Source: Gammaproteobacteria bacterium
GTDB lineage: Bacteria > Pseudomonadota > Gammaproteobacteria > Steroidobacterales > Foliamicaceae
DNA length: 64,000 nucleotides
Assembly: GCA_965200225.1 (NCBI GenBank)
Contig: CBDATM010000001.1
Span: 516,846 to 580,845, forward strand
Direction of reading: 5' to 3'
This document shows positions 37,726 through 47,790 of the stretch, piece after piece. The notes under the pieces are model-generated. The model saw only the letters and a list, made by a program, of their open reading frames with translations. It had not been told where the DNA came from and did no database searches. Each line of letters begins with the position of its first letter. The first letter of the stretch is position 1. The translations under genes and the position numbers were made by a program.

Positions 37726-39751
37726 ATGCGTTCTCGAACAGTGAGAACTGTACGCCCAAGTGTATGCTGCGCCCGGGACCTCGGAAGCCGTACACCTCTT
37801 CATACCGGGCCTGGCCGAGATTGTCGGCGCGGATATGCCAGCGCATGCGGGGGGTGGCCTGCCAGGACGCCGTCAGGCTGGTGTGCAGGAAGCTGTCCAG
37901 CGTTACGCGGCGTGAGGGAGTGGGCCAGGGCGGAAAGAAAATGTCGAGGCGCTCTCCGGTGAAGTCGAGGTTGAGGTTGATCCCGATGCCCCTTTCGGCC
38001 AACTCGTAGTGAACGTTGAGATTGCCGGAGTGGCGCGGCCGGCGCAACTCGTACACCTCGTCGGCGCTGCCGTCAGGTTCCTTGGCATGCAGATAGGTGT
38101 AGGCGCCCATCAAGGTAAGTCCGCCCCCTGCGCCCCAGCGCCCCTGAAGTTCAAGGCCGCGCCGCCGGCTGACGCCAGGGCGGTTGGCGGCCGTAAAACC
38201 CCCCACGGAAGGGTCGAACACGAAGCCATTGATCTCATCGAGCAGTCGCTCGCTGAACCCGCTCACGCTGCCGGACAGGGTTCCGTCGGCGTTGGCAAAA
38301 CCAACACCCACCTCCCAGCCTCGGGAGTCCTCGGGCAACAGATCGGGGTTGCCGATGAAATTGGAGAAATAGCCGAAGCGCTCGACGAAGGTGGGATTCT
38401 TCACGCCGGTCCCATAGGCGGCGTGCAATGTCACGCCCCTGCCCAGGCGCCTGAGGGCGCTGGCGCGCCAGGACGTGGTATTGCCGAAATCCCGGTTGCG
38501 GTCATGGCGCAGGGCCGCTGAGGCACTCCAGAGGCCGGGGGCGTCCAGGCGGAATTCCGCCATCGCCTCGCTGGACCGCGTGCTCAGGTCGCGGTTGGGA
38601 TCGCCGAAGAAAGAAGCGGCCGCTCGCTGCAGGTAGTCCTCGCGTTCATGGCCCAGGCCGAGCGTGATGGATGGTTTTGCCGCCCTTGGATCGACGCGGT
38701 CGAAGAACACCGAGGACTGGTAGCTGAACCTGATCTTGTCGCCGCCGGTCTCGCCGATTTCCGAGCCGCCGGCGAAATTATGGTTTTCCGAGCCGTTGTG
38801 CGTGACACCACCCTCCTGCAGCCATCGCCCGCCCAGCAGAGACATGCGGCCCTGCAGGCCTGCCACGGTGTGGGTGCGCCGAGTAGAGCTGTCCGAATCC
38901 GTCGGCAATCCGGTAAGGAAGGACGTGGCGTCGTACTGGCTTTCGGACTCGGACCGGCGGGCGATGACGCGCAGCAGAATTCGATCCGACGGGCTGAACT
39001 CGCCCACGAGATGGCCGGTGTTGTTGCGGTAGCCGTCGGCCTCGTCCCCGAAGCGCGAGATGTTCTGCCCGTCGCTGCTCAAATGATTCGCCGACAGGTG
39101 GATTCCCCACGCGTCACCGGCCTGGGCGGCGCTCAATCCCACCCTGCGGGTTCCGAACTGGCCGGCCTCCAGGGTGCTGGTCAGCGTTTGCTCATGGCTT
39201 GTTGGCGCACTGATCAGGTTAATCGCGCCGGCTACCGCGTCGCTGCCCCACAGCGCGCTCATTGGACCGCGCACCACTTCGATGCGGCGCAAATCCGCCG
39301 CCAGCACGTGCGAGAAGTCCACCTCCCCTCCCAGCGCCGGGTCGCCGGCTTCGATGCCGTCGAAGAGAATCAGTGAATGGTTGGATTCCGCGCCGCGCAG
39401 GCGCACCTGCGCCAGTGAGCCGAGGACGCCGCTGCGGCTCACTGCCACGCCCGGCGCGGCTCTGAGAAGCTCGTCTACGGTAAGGGCCTTTCGTTGCTCA
39501 AGATATTCCTCGCCGAGCACCGTAAGGGATGCGCCGGCTTGCTCGGCCGGAACCGGCAGGCGCGATGCCGTAACGACCAGCGTTTCGGTTGAGTCCTGAT
39601 CGGCATCCTCTTCATCAGCCTGTTCCTGCGCTGCAGCCGTCACAGGGCCGAGCGCCAGGATCGAGATGAGGATCAGCCTGCCTATTGATTCGCCAAAAGG
39701 CTGAGCCGCCGTTAGGCGTTGGAGTTCCGATTTGTGATTGGTAATGGCCAT
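37715..39751 (-). CDS. btuB: TonB-dependent receptor, probable vitamin B12 transporter
   Basis: TonB box ETLVVTASR and plug motif RIEVVRGPMSALWGSDAVAGAIN. Lies downstream of a cobalamin riboswitch and upstream of an adenosyltransferase. Confidence 0.8.
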   Translation of the reverse strand: MAITNHKSELQRLTAAQPFGESIGRLILISILALGPVTAAAQEQADEEDADQDSTETLVVTASRLPVPAEQAGASLTVLGEEYLEQRKALTVDELLRAAPGVAVSRSGVLGSLAQVRLRGAESNHSLILFDGIEAGDPALGGEVDFSHVLAADLRRIEVVRGPMSALWGSDAVAGAINLISAPTSHEQTLTSTLEAGQFGTRRVGLSAAQAGDAWGIHLSANHLSSDGQNISRFGDEADGYRNNTGHLVGEFSPSDRILLRVIARRSESESQYDATSFLTGLPTDSDSSTRRTHTVAGLQGRMSLLGGRWLQEGGVTHNGSENHNFAGGSEIGETGGDKIRFSYQSSVFFDRVDPRAAKPSITLGLGHEREDYLQRAAASFFGDPNRDLSTRSSEAMAEFRLDAPGLWSASAALRHDRNRDFGNTTSWRASALRRLGRGVTLHAAYGTGVKNPTFVERFGYFSNFIGNPDLLPEDSRGWEVGVGFANADGTLSGSVSGFSERLLDEINGFVFDPSVGGFTAANRPGVSRRRGLELQGRWGAGGGLTLMGAYTYLHAKEPDGSADEVYELRRPRHSGNLNVHYELAERGIGINLNLDFTGERLDIFFPPWPTPSRRVTLDSFLHTSLTASWQATPRMRWHIRADNLGQARYEEVYGFRGPGRSIHLGVQFSLFENASQD

Positions 39752-39854
39752 GGCAACCTCCCGTTCCACTATTGGCTCAAGGCAGGGACAGGCGCCAGAC
39801 CGAAGGAGACTCCTCCACGCCGCTTGCGCCCGCCGCGCTGCCAACGCAATTCAA

Positions 39855-40085
39855 GCGGGCCGGTCTCCGGGCTTTCGAGCGAGTTCCATGAACAAACCTG
39901 AGCAATGGAACCCACGCCGCTCGCCTTCCTGCCGTGAAAGACAGTGGCTGCCATCGCGCGCTTGCTCTGGCGTGAACGACGTTTGACTCGATTACCGTTG
40001 CGGGGGCAGCGCCGGAATTGCACCGGCTTCCCGTTCACCCGATGAATCTCGCCTGCCTACTCCGCCAGGGGCCGCGCCCCTTGCC
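39855..40085 (-). ncRNA. Cobalamin riboswitch
   Basis: Minus strand reads GGGAAgccGGTGcAAtTCCggcgCTGCCCCCGCAACGGT ... GCCACTG ... GGAAGGC ... AGCCCGGAGACC (B12 box). Boundaries approximate. Confidence 0.92.
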
Positions 40086-40147
40086 GCAGTACGCAGGCTG
40101 AGCGCACTATAGCACGTGGATAGAATCGGTGCGCGCATATGTAGCGC

Positions 40148-41077
40148 GTGAACCTCGTGACTTCCCTTCTCAACATAACCGCCCTTCTCAAGACGCCTGC
40201 CAACTGGCTTGCACTGCCGGTACTGGGAGGTTTGCGCCTGGTCGCGGGTCTGCCTCATGGCTTGCGTCTGGCATTGGGCCGGGCCGCTGGCGCACTGGCG
40301 TTCCGGGTTCTGGGCAGGCGTCGGGCCGTGGCCTTGCGCAATCTCCAACTGTGCTTTCCCGAATGGTCACAGGGGCGAAGACGCAGGGCGCTGCGAGCGC
40401 ATTTCGACTCCCTGGGTCAGGGTCTGATCGAGTTGGCCATGGGCGCCTGGTGCGCGGATGCCGAGGTGGCCGATCTTGTCGAGGTATCAGGCGCCCGGCA
40501 TCTTGACCAGGCGTTGGCCCGGGGGCGCGGCGCAATTGCCCTGAGCGGACACTTTGTGGCGCTGGAATTTACCGCCCGCGCTATCCGTTATCCGCAGCCC
40601 GGCCTGGTTGCGGTCTATCGGCCGGTCGGCAACGCGGCTTTCGCGTGGCTCGTCAATCGCGCCCGCCTGCGCGTGTGTTCGCAAACGCTGCCGAAATACG
40701 ACGTGCGCGGAATGGTGCGGGTGCTGCGCAGCGGCGCGGTGCTGTGGTTCGCGGGAGACCAGATGACCGATGCCAAGTCCGCGGTCCTGGCTCCGTTCTT
40801 TGGCGAGCCGGCAATGACCGGCACCTCGCTGGGGCGTCTGGCGCGGATCAGCGGTGCTCCGGTGGTGCCCTGGTTTACGCGCCGACTGCCGGACGGGCGC
40901 TACCGCCTTGAGTTGCTTCCGGCCCTGGAGGACTTTCCCGGAACCTCGCCGGAACAGGATGCCGAGCGTATCAACGCGCTCGTTGCAGACCATGTGCGCA
41001 AGGCACCTGAACAGTACTACTGGATCCATCGGCGCTTCAAGCGTCGCCCGCCGCCGCATTCCGATCCCTACCTGTAG
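40148..41077 (+). CDS. Lipid A biosynthesis acyltransferase (LpxL/HtrB family)
   Basis: RNLQLCFPE, HFVALE (Hx4E), GDQ, APFFG and PEQYYWIHRRFK motifs. Confidence 0.9.
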   Translation: MNLVTSLLNITALLKTPANWLALPVLGGLRLVAGLPHGLRLALGRAAGALAFRVLGRRRAVALRNLQLCFPEWSQGRRRRALRAHFDSLGQGLIELAMGAWCADAEVADLVEVSGARHLDQALARGRGAIALSGHFVALEFTARAIRYPQPGLVAVYRPVGNAAFAWLVNRARLRVCSQTLPKYDVRGMVRVLRSGAVLWFAGDQMTDAKSAVLAPFFGEPAMTGTSLGRLARISGAPVVPWFTRRLPDGRYRLELLPALEDFPGTSPEQDAERINALVADHVRKAPEQYYWIHRRFKRRPPPHSDPYL

Positions 41078-41769
41078 TCGCGGTCGTGCTGCCCGCGCAG
41101 CGCGTCGAAAGCCCTCCCGCTGCGGTCGAGTCCGAGTTTGCGCAACGAACGCTCAAGGCGCAGCAGCCTGCTTTCGCGCCAGAGTCCCGGATGGCGCATT
41201 CGGGCGCGATCGAAATCCACCAGCCATACCGAGCCGTCCCTTCCGATCAGGATATTGTTCGCGTTGAGGTCGGCGTGACATACGCCGGCCTTGTGAAAGC
41301 GGGCAAGCGTCGCTCCCACGGCGGCCATCAGGCCCGCCGGATCGGTGGATGAATCGAGCGCGGCAGCCAGCGTGCGTGCGCCCGCGATCCACCGTGTGAT
41401 GAGGTCGGCCGAGTAAACCACGCCGACCTTGCGAAAGCGGGCGGCGACCGGCGTGGGCACCGGCAGCCCCAAGGCCCGCAACTCGGCCAGAATCCGGAAC
41501 TCGCCAAAGCACCTGGCGCGCCTTTCCCCAGCATAAAAGTAGCGATCCCGGCTCAGCAGGGCCACCTTACCGCCGCGCAGGTAATGACGCAGGAACCATT
41601 CGCCGTCCCGTCCCACGCGCGCCCCGCTCCCGCGTCCCCCGGCCGCCGCTTCCCACTGGCCCAGGCCTTGCCAGTATTCGTGCTCGAACCACTCCGGTGT
41701 GGCCGGGCGGCCGATTTGCGCATCGTGTAGGATGCGGTCGTTCCCGAATTTCCGTGTTTGTTCAAGCAT
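41068..41769 (-). CDS. kdkA: 3-deoxy-D-manno-octulosonic acid kinase
   Basis: GGRGS, LRHYLRGG, LPVPTPVAA, HADLNANNIL, VDFDR and RLERSLRK motifs. Start taken at MLEQTR. Confidence 0.9.
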   Translation of the reverse strand: MLEQTRKFGNDRILHDAQIGRPATPEWFEHEYWQGLGQWEAAAGGRGSGARVGRDGEWFLRHYLRGGKVALLSRDRYFYAGERRARCFGEFRILAELRALGLPVPTPVAARFRKVGVVYSADLITRWIAGARTLAAALDSSTDPAGLMAAVGATLARFHKAGVCHADLNANNILIGRDGSVWLVDFDRARMRHPGLWRESRLLRLERSLRKLGLDRSGRAFDALRGQHDRDYR

Positions 41770-42847
41770 GTCCAAGCCGCCGCCGCCGCCGAGCAGCCTC
41801 TGCGTCATCCGCTTGTCCGCAATCGGGGACTGTTGCCACACGCTGCCGGTGGTGCGGGCCATCCGCTCGGCGTGGCCGGATACCCGCATCAGTTGGATTA
41901 TCGGCCAAACCGAGCACGCTTTGCTTGAAGGCCTTGAGGGCGTTGACTTTCTGGTTCTGGACAAGCGCGCCGGACGGCGAGGAATGCAGGACCTCAAGGC
42001 GCGGCTTGCATCGCGGCGCTTCGACCTGGTGCTGCAGATGCAGGCGTCCTTTCGCGCCAGCCGCGTGGCGCTGATGACAGGTTGCCGGCGCCGCGTGGGT
42101 TTCGACCGTCCGCGGGCGCGCGACCTGCAGTGGTTGTTCACTACCGAGCGTATCGCCCACCGCCCCGAACAGCACGTGATGGAGGCCTTGTTCGGTTTCG
42201 CCGAGCACCTGGGCATCCGGACGCCCCCTGAGCCTCGATGGGATTTTCCGATCACGGCCCGCGACCGGGAGGTGGCTGAGGCGCTGGCGCCCGCTGAGCC
42301 GTTCTGCCTGATGAGCCCCTTGAGCAGTCAGCGCCGCGGCGCGTTTCGCAACTGGTCGGCGGAATGCTATGTGGAAGTGGCCCGGCATGTGGTCGAAGGC
42401 TTGGGCGGGCGCGTGCTGCTCACCGGTTCCGGCAGTCCGCTGGAGCGTGAATACGCGGCGGTGATTGCCGCCGGGTCCGGCGTAAGCGATGTCAACGGGT
42501 TCACCACGCTCAAGCAGCTTGCGGCGCTGATTGGCCGCGCCCGGATCGTGGTGTGTCCGGATTCGGGACCCGCCCATATCGCCGCGGCCATGGGCGTGCC
42601 GGTAGTGGGCTTGTACGCAAGCTCCAACCCGCAGCGCACGGGGCCCTGGGCCAGCGCCGAGTACGTGGTGAACCGCTATCCCCAGGCCGTGCGCCGGCGT
42701 TTGGGAAAACGCGTCGAGGACATCCACTTCGGCCGTCGACTAAAGCAAAACGACGCCATGTGCGAGATCACGGTAGGCGATGTGATCGAAGCGGTGAACA
42801 GAGCCTGGGCCGACGCGCCGGCCGGTTTGCAGGAAAGCGCGGAATAA
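41768..42847 (+). CDS. Glycosyltransferase family 9 (heptosyltransferase, OpsX-like)
   Basis: IRLSAIGDCCH, RNWSAE and PDSGPAHIAAAMGVPVVGLY motifs; divergent from kdkA. Confidence 0.88.
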   Translation: MSKPPPPPSSLCVIRLSAIGDCCHTLPVVRAIRSAWPDTRISWIIGQTEHALLEGLEGVDFLVLDKRAGRRGMQDLKARLASRRFDLVLQMQASFRASRVALMTGCRRRVGFDRPRARDLQWLFTTERIAHRPEQHVMEALFGFAEHLGIRTPPEPRWDFPITARDREVAEALAPAEPFCLMSPLSSQRRGAFRNWSAECYVEVARHVVEGLGGRVLLTGSGSPLEREYAAVIAAGSGVSDVNGFTTLKQLAALIGRARIVVCPDSGPAHIAAAMGVPVVGLYASSNPQRTGPWASAEYVVNRYPQAVRRRLGKRVEDIHFGRRLKQNDAMCEITVGDVIEAVNRAWADAPAGLQESAE

Positions 42848-42863
42848 GCTTGCTGTAGGGAGC

Positions 42864-43079
42864 CTACTTTCGCGAATCGCGGGTGGCCAGCGAGAACACC
42901 GCACCGCAGTAGGGACAGGTGGCGTCCACGCCAGGCTTGACCGGCAGGTAGACGCGCGGGTGCGAGTTCCATCGGGATGTCCAGGGCAAGGGGCAGGATA
43001 CCGGCAGGTCCTCTTCCGACACCAGGTAGCGCCGTTCCATATTGGAGGTGAGTTGTTTTCCGCTTGCGGGAACATTCAT
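42864..43079 (-). CDS. Small zinc-finger protein (zf-CHCC)
   Basis: DLPVSCP...WNSHPRVYL...CPYCG pattern. Start taken at MNVPAS, not the longer ORF. Confidence 0.8.
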   Translation of the reverse strand: MNVPASGKQLTSNMERRYLVSEEDLPVSCPLPWTSRWNSHPRVYLPVKPGVDATCPYCGAVFSLATRDSRK

Positions 43080-43108
43080 GCGCGCAAGTATATCGGGCCG
43101 TGCGGGCT

Positions 43109-45985
43109 CTACTCGCCGAGATAGCGCTGCCATAGCGCCAATACCGCGCCTGCCTGCTCGGCGACCTCTTCGGCCGGCACGTGCAGCGGACGGTCCGCAA
43201 GCGAACGGTGATGCAGATTCTCGCGGAATTCCAGGTAGTTCTCCGTTAGCGTTGCCGCGTCCATCTGGGCAAGCACGCCGTGTCGCGCCAGCGCCTCCAA
43301 CTGCTGGACGTTGTCCGGCCAGACTGCCAGGTCGGCATGCTCGTGCGCGTGGTTGAGCACCAGGAACTGCACGATGAACTCGATGTCCTGCAAACCGCCC
43401 CGGGCGTGCTTGATGTCGAACCGCCCCCGAGGCACGCGGGGCGCCTCGCCCAGCATTCGGCGGCGCATCTCGGCCACCTGGCTGCGCAGGTCGTCTCGCC
43501 GCACGGCATTGCGCAGCAGATCCATGCGCAGCCGCTCGAACTCCTGGCGCACATAGGCGGACCCGGCGATCGCACGGCTGCGCAGCAGCGCCTGGTGTTC
43601 CCAGGTCCATGCGGATTCGCGCTGGTAGCTGGCAAAGGCTTGCAAAGAAGAAACCAGCAAGCCGGAACGGCCGCTGGGGCGCAGACGGGTGTCCACTTCG
43701 TACATTCTTCCAGTAATGCCGCGAGTCGTGAGCACGGTAATCACGCGTCTGGCCACGCGGAAGAAGAAGTCCGCGTTGGCTATGCTCCGCTTTCCGTTGG
43801 TAACCTGATCTTCGCCCCGCGCGTCGTATACGAATACCAGATCCAGGTCCGATCCGTAGCCCATTTCCAGGCCCGCCAGCTTGCCGTAGGCGATCACTGC
43901 GAATCCTGCGGCCTGCCGCCCGCCCTCGACCGTGGCGCGGGGAGAGCCGAACTCTTCTACCAACTCTTCCCACACATGCTCCAATGAGCTGTCGATCACC
44001 AACTCCGCGATGCCAGTCAGGACATCGCTGACCCGCATGAGCGGCAAGCCGCCAGCCAGATCCAGCACGCCTACCCGGAAGGATGCCGCCTGCTTGAATT
44101 CACTGATCGCCGCCAGGCGTATTTCCTCGGGTTCGTCGGCGGTTCGCGCCAGCCGGAAGTCCAGCTCCTGCTTGAGTTGTTTGAGGTCCATGACCTGTTC
44201 GGTGATGCCCGCATCCAGAAGCTCGTCCATGAGCCAGGGATAGGAGCAAAGCTGCCGGACGAGAATTTCGCCCAGGCCGCACACATGCACCAGGCGGTCG
44301 CGGGCCGCGGCGTTCTCGTAGAGCAGCGCCAGATAGGCGGAGCGGCGGGCGATTACCGCAATGACCTTGAGCGTGCGCGCCAACACCAGTTCAGGCTCCG
44401 ATTCCCGGGCGGCTGCCTCGATCAGCTTGGGCACCAGCATGCGCAAGCGCTTGCGACCGATTTGGTCCAGTCTTTTGAAGTCGGAGGCCTCCCGGACCGC
44501 GCGGATCGACTCCAGCGCTACCTCCGGGTCGGAGTAGCCATGTGCAGCAAGGACTTCCCCGGCGTTGTCCTCCGCCTCCCCTGCCCATACGGCGGCCAGG
44601 TCGTCGGGAGGCGCGTCTTCTGTTTCCAGCAGGTCCGCCTGATGGAAAAACAGGGCGGCGAAATGTCGGGAAACGACCGCCCGCTGCAAGGCGGTTTCCC
44701 GGGCCAGGTCCTCCCAGGTCTTGTACCTCATGGCGAAGGCCAGTCGCGCGCGGCCCGGCGGGTCCTCCGGCAGGGTCTGCGTCTGGCGGTCTTCCATGCC
44801 CTGCAGCCGGTTCTCCAGTCGGCGCAGGAAGCAGTAGGAGCGGTCCAGTTCGGTGCAGGTGGCAGGGTCCAGAAAGTTGCGCTGGCCCAGGCGGGCGAGC
44901 ATCTCGCGCAAGCTGCGTCCTCTCAGGTCGGGGTTGGCGCCGCCGTGCACCAGTTGCATGGACTGCGTGATAAATTCGATCTCCCGGATTCCGCCGCGCC
45001 CCAGCTTGATGTCCGCGGCCTTGTCCTTGCGTAGCGCCTCCCGCTCGATCTTGCCCTTCAGGTCGCGCAGCGATTCGAAAACGCTGTAGTCCAGATAGCG
45101 GCGGTACACGAAGGGCCTCAGCAGTTCTTCATACAGGCCCTCCGCCATTTCGCAGGGATTGATAACCCGCCCCTTGATCCATGCGTAGCGTTCCCAGTCA
45201 CGCGCCGACCGGGCCAGGTAATTTTCAAGCGAGGAAGTCTTGACGACCAGTGGACCGCTGGCGCCGAACGGGCGCAGGCGCGTGTCCACGCGATAGACGA
45301 ATGAATCCACCGTGCGCTGGTCCAGCAGCCGGATCACCTGCTGGCACATCAGCGTGTGGAAGCGCGAGGCATCGATGGCAACGGCGCCATCGGTTCTTCC
45401 CTCCTCCGAATACACGAAGACCAGATCGATGTCCGAGGAAAAATTGAGTTCTCCGCCGCCCAGCTTGCCCATGCCGACAATGGCCAGTTCGCTTGGTTCA
45501 CCGGATTCCGTGCGCGGTGCTCCATACCTTGCGGACAGGTTGGCGCGGGAAAATTCCAGCGCCGCGAGAATGCATGCGTCGGCCAGTTCGCTGAGGTCGC
45601 CCAGGCTCTCCTCGATGCTGCTCAGTCCGTTGAGGTCGCGCCACAGGATGCGGCACATCTCGCGGTGCCGGAACCAGCGCAGTTCGCGCATGAACGATGC
45701 TTCCTGGCGGCTGTCCTTCAGCGCCTCCGCGGCGAGTGCCGGCCATTCCTTGTCGTCCAGCGCCCGGTTCAGCCGGCCATCCTCCAGCAGCGCGGCGAGA
45801 ATTTCGGGCTTTCGCGTGAAGCTGCGCGCAGCGAAGGACGAGCAGGCCAGCGTGCGGGCGAGCGGGGTGAGTACTTCCTCGGTTGCCAGGTGGACTGCGA
45901 GGGCTTTGTGACCGCGCAATTGTGTGAGCGCTTTTTCTACGGCTTCGAGGAGGGGTTCGGGTATTGGCAGGGGGGCGGGCGGCAC
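43109..45985 (-). CDS. glnE: Bifunctional glutamine synthetase adenylyltransferase/adenylyl-removing enzyme
   Basis: Two NT domains: GMGKLGGGELNFSSDIDL/RVDTRLRPFG and AYGKLAGLEMGYGSDLDL/EVDTRLRPSG. Confidence 0.96.
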   Translation of the reverse strand: MPPAPLPIPEPLLEAVEKALTQLRGHKALAVHLATEEVLTPLARTLACSSFAARSFTRKPEILAALLEDGRLNRALDDKEWPALAAEALKDSRQEASFMRELRWFRHREMCRILWRDLNGLSSIEESLGDLSELADACILAALEFSRANLSARYGAPRTESGEPSELAIVGMGKLGGGELNFSSDIDLVFVYSEEGRTDGAVAIDASRFHTLMCQQVIRLLDQRTVDSFVYRVDTRLRPFGASGPLVVKTSSLENYLARSARDWERYAWIKGRVINPCEMAEGLYEELLRPFVYRRYLDYSVFESLRDLKGKIEREALRKDKAADIKLGRGGIREIEFITQSMQLVHGGANPDLRGRSLREMLARLGQRNFLDPATCTELDRSYCFLRRLENRLQGMEDRQTQTLPEDPPGRARLAFAMRYKTWEDLARETALQRAVVSRHFAALFFHQADLLETEDAPPDDLAAVWAGEAEDNAGEVLAAHGYSDPEVALESIRAVREASDFKRLDQIGRKRLRMLVPKLIEAAARESEPELVLARTLKVIAVIARRSAYLALLYENAAARDRLVHVCGLGEILVRQLCSYPWLMDELLDAGITEQVMDLKQLKQELDFRLARTADEPEEIRLAAISEFKQAASFRVGVLDLAGGLPLMRVSDVLTGIAELVIDSSLEHVWEELVEEFGSPRATVEGGRQAAGFAVIAYGKLAGLEMGYGSDLDLVFVYDARGEDQVTNGKRSIANADFFFRVARRVITVLTTRGITGRMYEVDTRLRPSGRSGLLVSSLQAFASYQRESAWTWEHQALLRSRAIAGSAYVRQEFERLRMDLLRNAVRRDDLRSQVAEMRRRMLGEAPRVPRGRFDIKHARGGLQDIEFIVQFLVLNHAHEHADLAVWPDNVQQLEALARHGVLAQMDAATLTENYLEFRENLHHRSLADRPLHVPAEEVAEQAGAVLALWQRYLGE

Positions 45986-46071
45986 GGATTCAGGTAAGGA
46001 TTCAGGTGGGAGTGCGAGAGGGCTGCCAAGATAACATTGAAGGCTGGTGAATGGGCGCTGGGTGTTCGCCG

Positions 46072-46185
46072 GTGCGCTCTCGCGTTCCCTCTCTGTGGGG
46101 ACACGCTACGAGCACGTCCTTGTAGGCTCTGCTCGGGCATCGTGCCCTCGCAAGGTCCCCACAGAGAGGGAACGCGAGAGCGCAC
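46072..46185. repeat. Palindromic element, diverged relative of the REP-like family
   Basis: Perfect 31-bp arms gtgcgctctcgcgttccctctctgtggggac and gtccccacagagagggaacgcgagagcgcac. Core GTCCTTGTAGGCTC resembles (A/G)TCCCTGGGGCTC. Confidence 0.75.
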
Positions 46186-46246
46186 GAAGCTGGCTTGATG
46201 TATAAGGGAGCGTGGAGCCCAACACAGTATTGCCGCTGCGCCCTTC

Positions 46247-47262
46247 ATGAATTCCGGCACCAACTCCCGATTGATCTGGTTTTGCTTGCGGCGTAACGGC
46301 GCGTCGAAAAAAAGCGGCTGGACCCGGGAAACTTCTCTTGCGGAGTTGCGCTCGCGGCTGAAGGCTGGCACTGGCGAAGTCGTTGAGGCCTGCGTCAACA
46401 ACAATGTTCGGCCGATTGCCCATCGCAAGTTCTCCAAAGTGTTTTTCAATCGGGTAAGGGGAATCCGGGGAATCGAACTGGAGCTTGGCGGAAAGGTATC
46501 CCGCTACGCACCGACCCGGATGATTGCATCCAACCTGAGTTTCGAGCGGGTCTTGCAGAAATTCCCGGACCCAAACGAAGTGTCACGGCGCGCTTTCGCA
46601 AAAGGCGGGCAACTGAGGGCGTTCTCCGCAGAACGCGATGGACAGAACTGGAATTTCTACTCCGGCGAGGCACTTCTTTTCTGGGCCGAAGCCTTGCGCC
46701 GCGGCGAGTCCTTCGCTCCCAGTCTTCAACAGTATATGGCGGCGTTCCGACACTCTCGGAGCAGGCACCGCAGGTCACGCAATCCGGCGTTCGTGCCGTG
46801 GCACACGCAGGCTTGCGCCGCCATGTATGCGGTGACCCGGAATCGAGTATTCGTGGAATTTTCCTGCGAGATGAACGATTGGCTGTTGCCGATGCAACAG
46901 AACGAAATGGCTGAGCTTGACCTGCAGGGGCCGTTTTACAACCCCAAACGGCCGGATTTCGGCCCTCCTCACGCAGCCTCCACCGGCGTCTATCTCGAAG
47001 GGCTTGCCGATGCCCTGGCTCTGGCCCGTTCGACCGGCGACACTACGCGCGCCGAGGCTTATCGGTCGGCAATTGACTGTGGCATGCGCAACCTGAGGCA
47101 GCTTCAGTTTCGCGATCATCGGGATGCTTTCTACATTTCGCGAAAAAGCGCGTAATGGGCGCCTTGAGAACCGAGGCCTACGACAATTCCGTGCGGATAG
47201 ATTCCGCGGCCCATGCCCTTGCAGCGGCGATCAAAGTGCTGAAACCCGCGAAACCTTTCTGA
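46247..47262 (+). pseudogene. Degraded remnant of an unknown helical-repeat protein, frameshifted near 47143
   Basis: ORF 46247-47155 stops just after an A5 run. One extra A would continue it as KKRVMGALRTEAYDNSVRIDSAAHALAAAIK to TGA 47262. No convincing start or RBS. Confidence 0.5.
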
Positions 47263-47350
47263 AGGACCGAAAACCTCTGAGTTTTTCGCTTCCATTGCAG
47301 GTTCGGCGGTGGAGACGGCGATGGAGATGGTTCGGGGCGGGTTGGTGTCC

Positions 47351-47790
47351 TCAGGCGATCGTCCGGGGGGTCTCCGGGGAACAGGAAAAATATCCGCTTC
47401 CATCGGCAGGGAGAAGGTCGAAGATCAGGTGAATGCGTGACTTGGAAGACGGATTTCGTGCCGAGTGCCTCACCTTGTTGTTGAAGACCCACAGTTCACC
47501 TTCGCGCATCACTATCGTTTCGTCTCCGGCCGTAACTGGGCTGCCTTGCGCGCTTTTGACGACGACGTGATAGCGGCCGCGGATGCGATAGTACGCCCCG
47601 TGATCGATATGCGGATACACGCGGCTTTGCGGCAGTAGCGTCACAAGCGCGACCCGACCCAGGCGTGCGCGCTGCTGCCTGGCGATGCGTTCGCACAACT
47701 GCAGGGTTTGCGGGAAACGGGCGGCCGATCGAAGCACACGGCTCTCATGCACATCGTTGGCATTTTTTGCGCCGGGGGGCAGGGGTTTCG
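47351..47790 (-). pseudogene. 5'-truncated aspartyl/asparaginyl beta-hydroxylase-like 2OG-Fe(II) domain
   Basis: HID...RYH...GELWVFNNKVRHSARN...RIHLIFD facial-triad pattern. Plausible coding sequence begins about AKPLPPGAKNANDVHES with no good start. Confidence 0.6.

Noticed and set aside
42864-43973. 369-aa ORF as a fusion protein
   Set aside because: Most of it overlaps glnE out of frame. Only the last 71 aa carry the zf-CHCC pattern.
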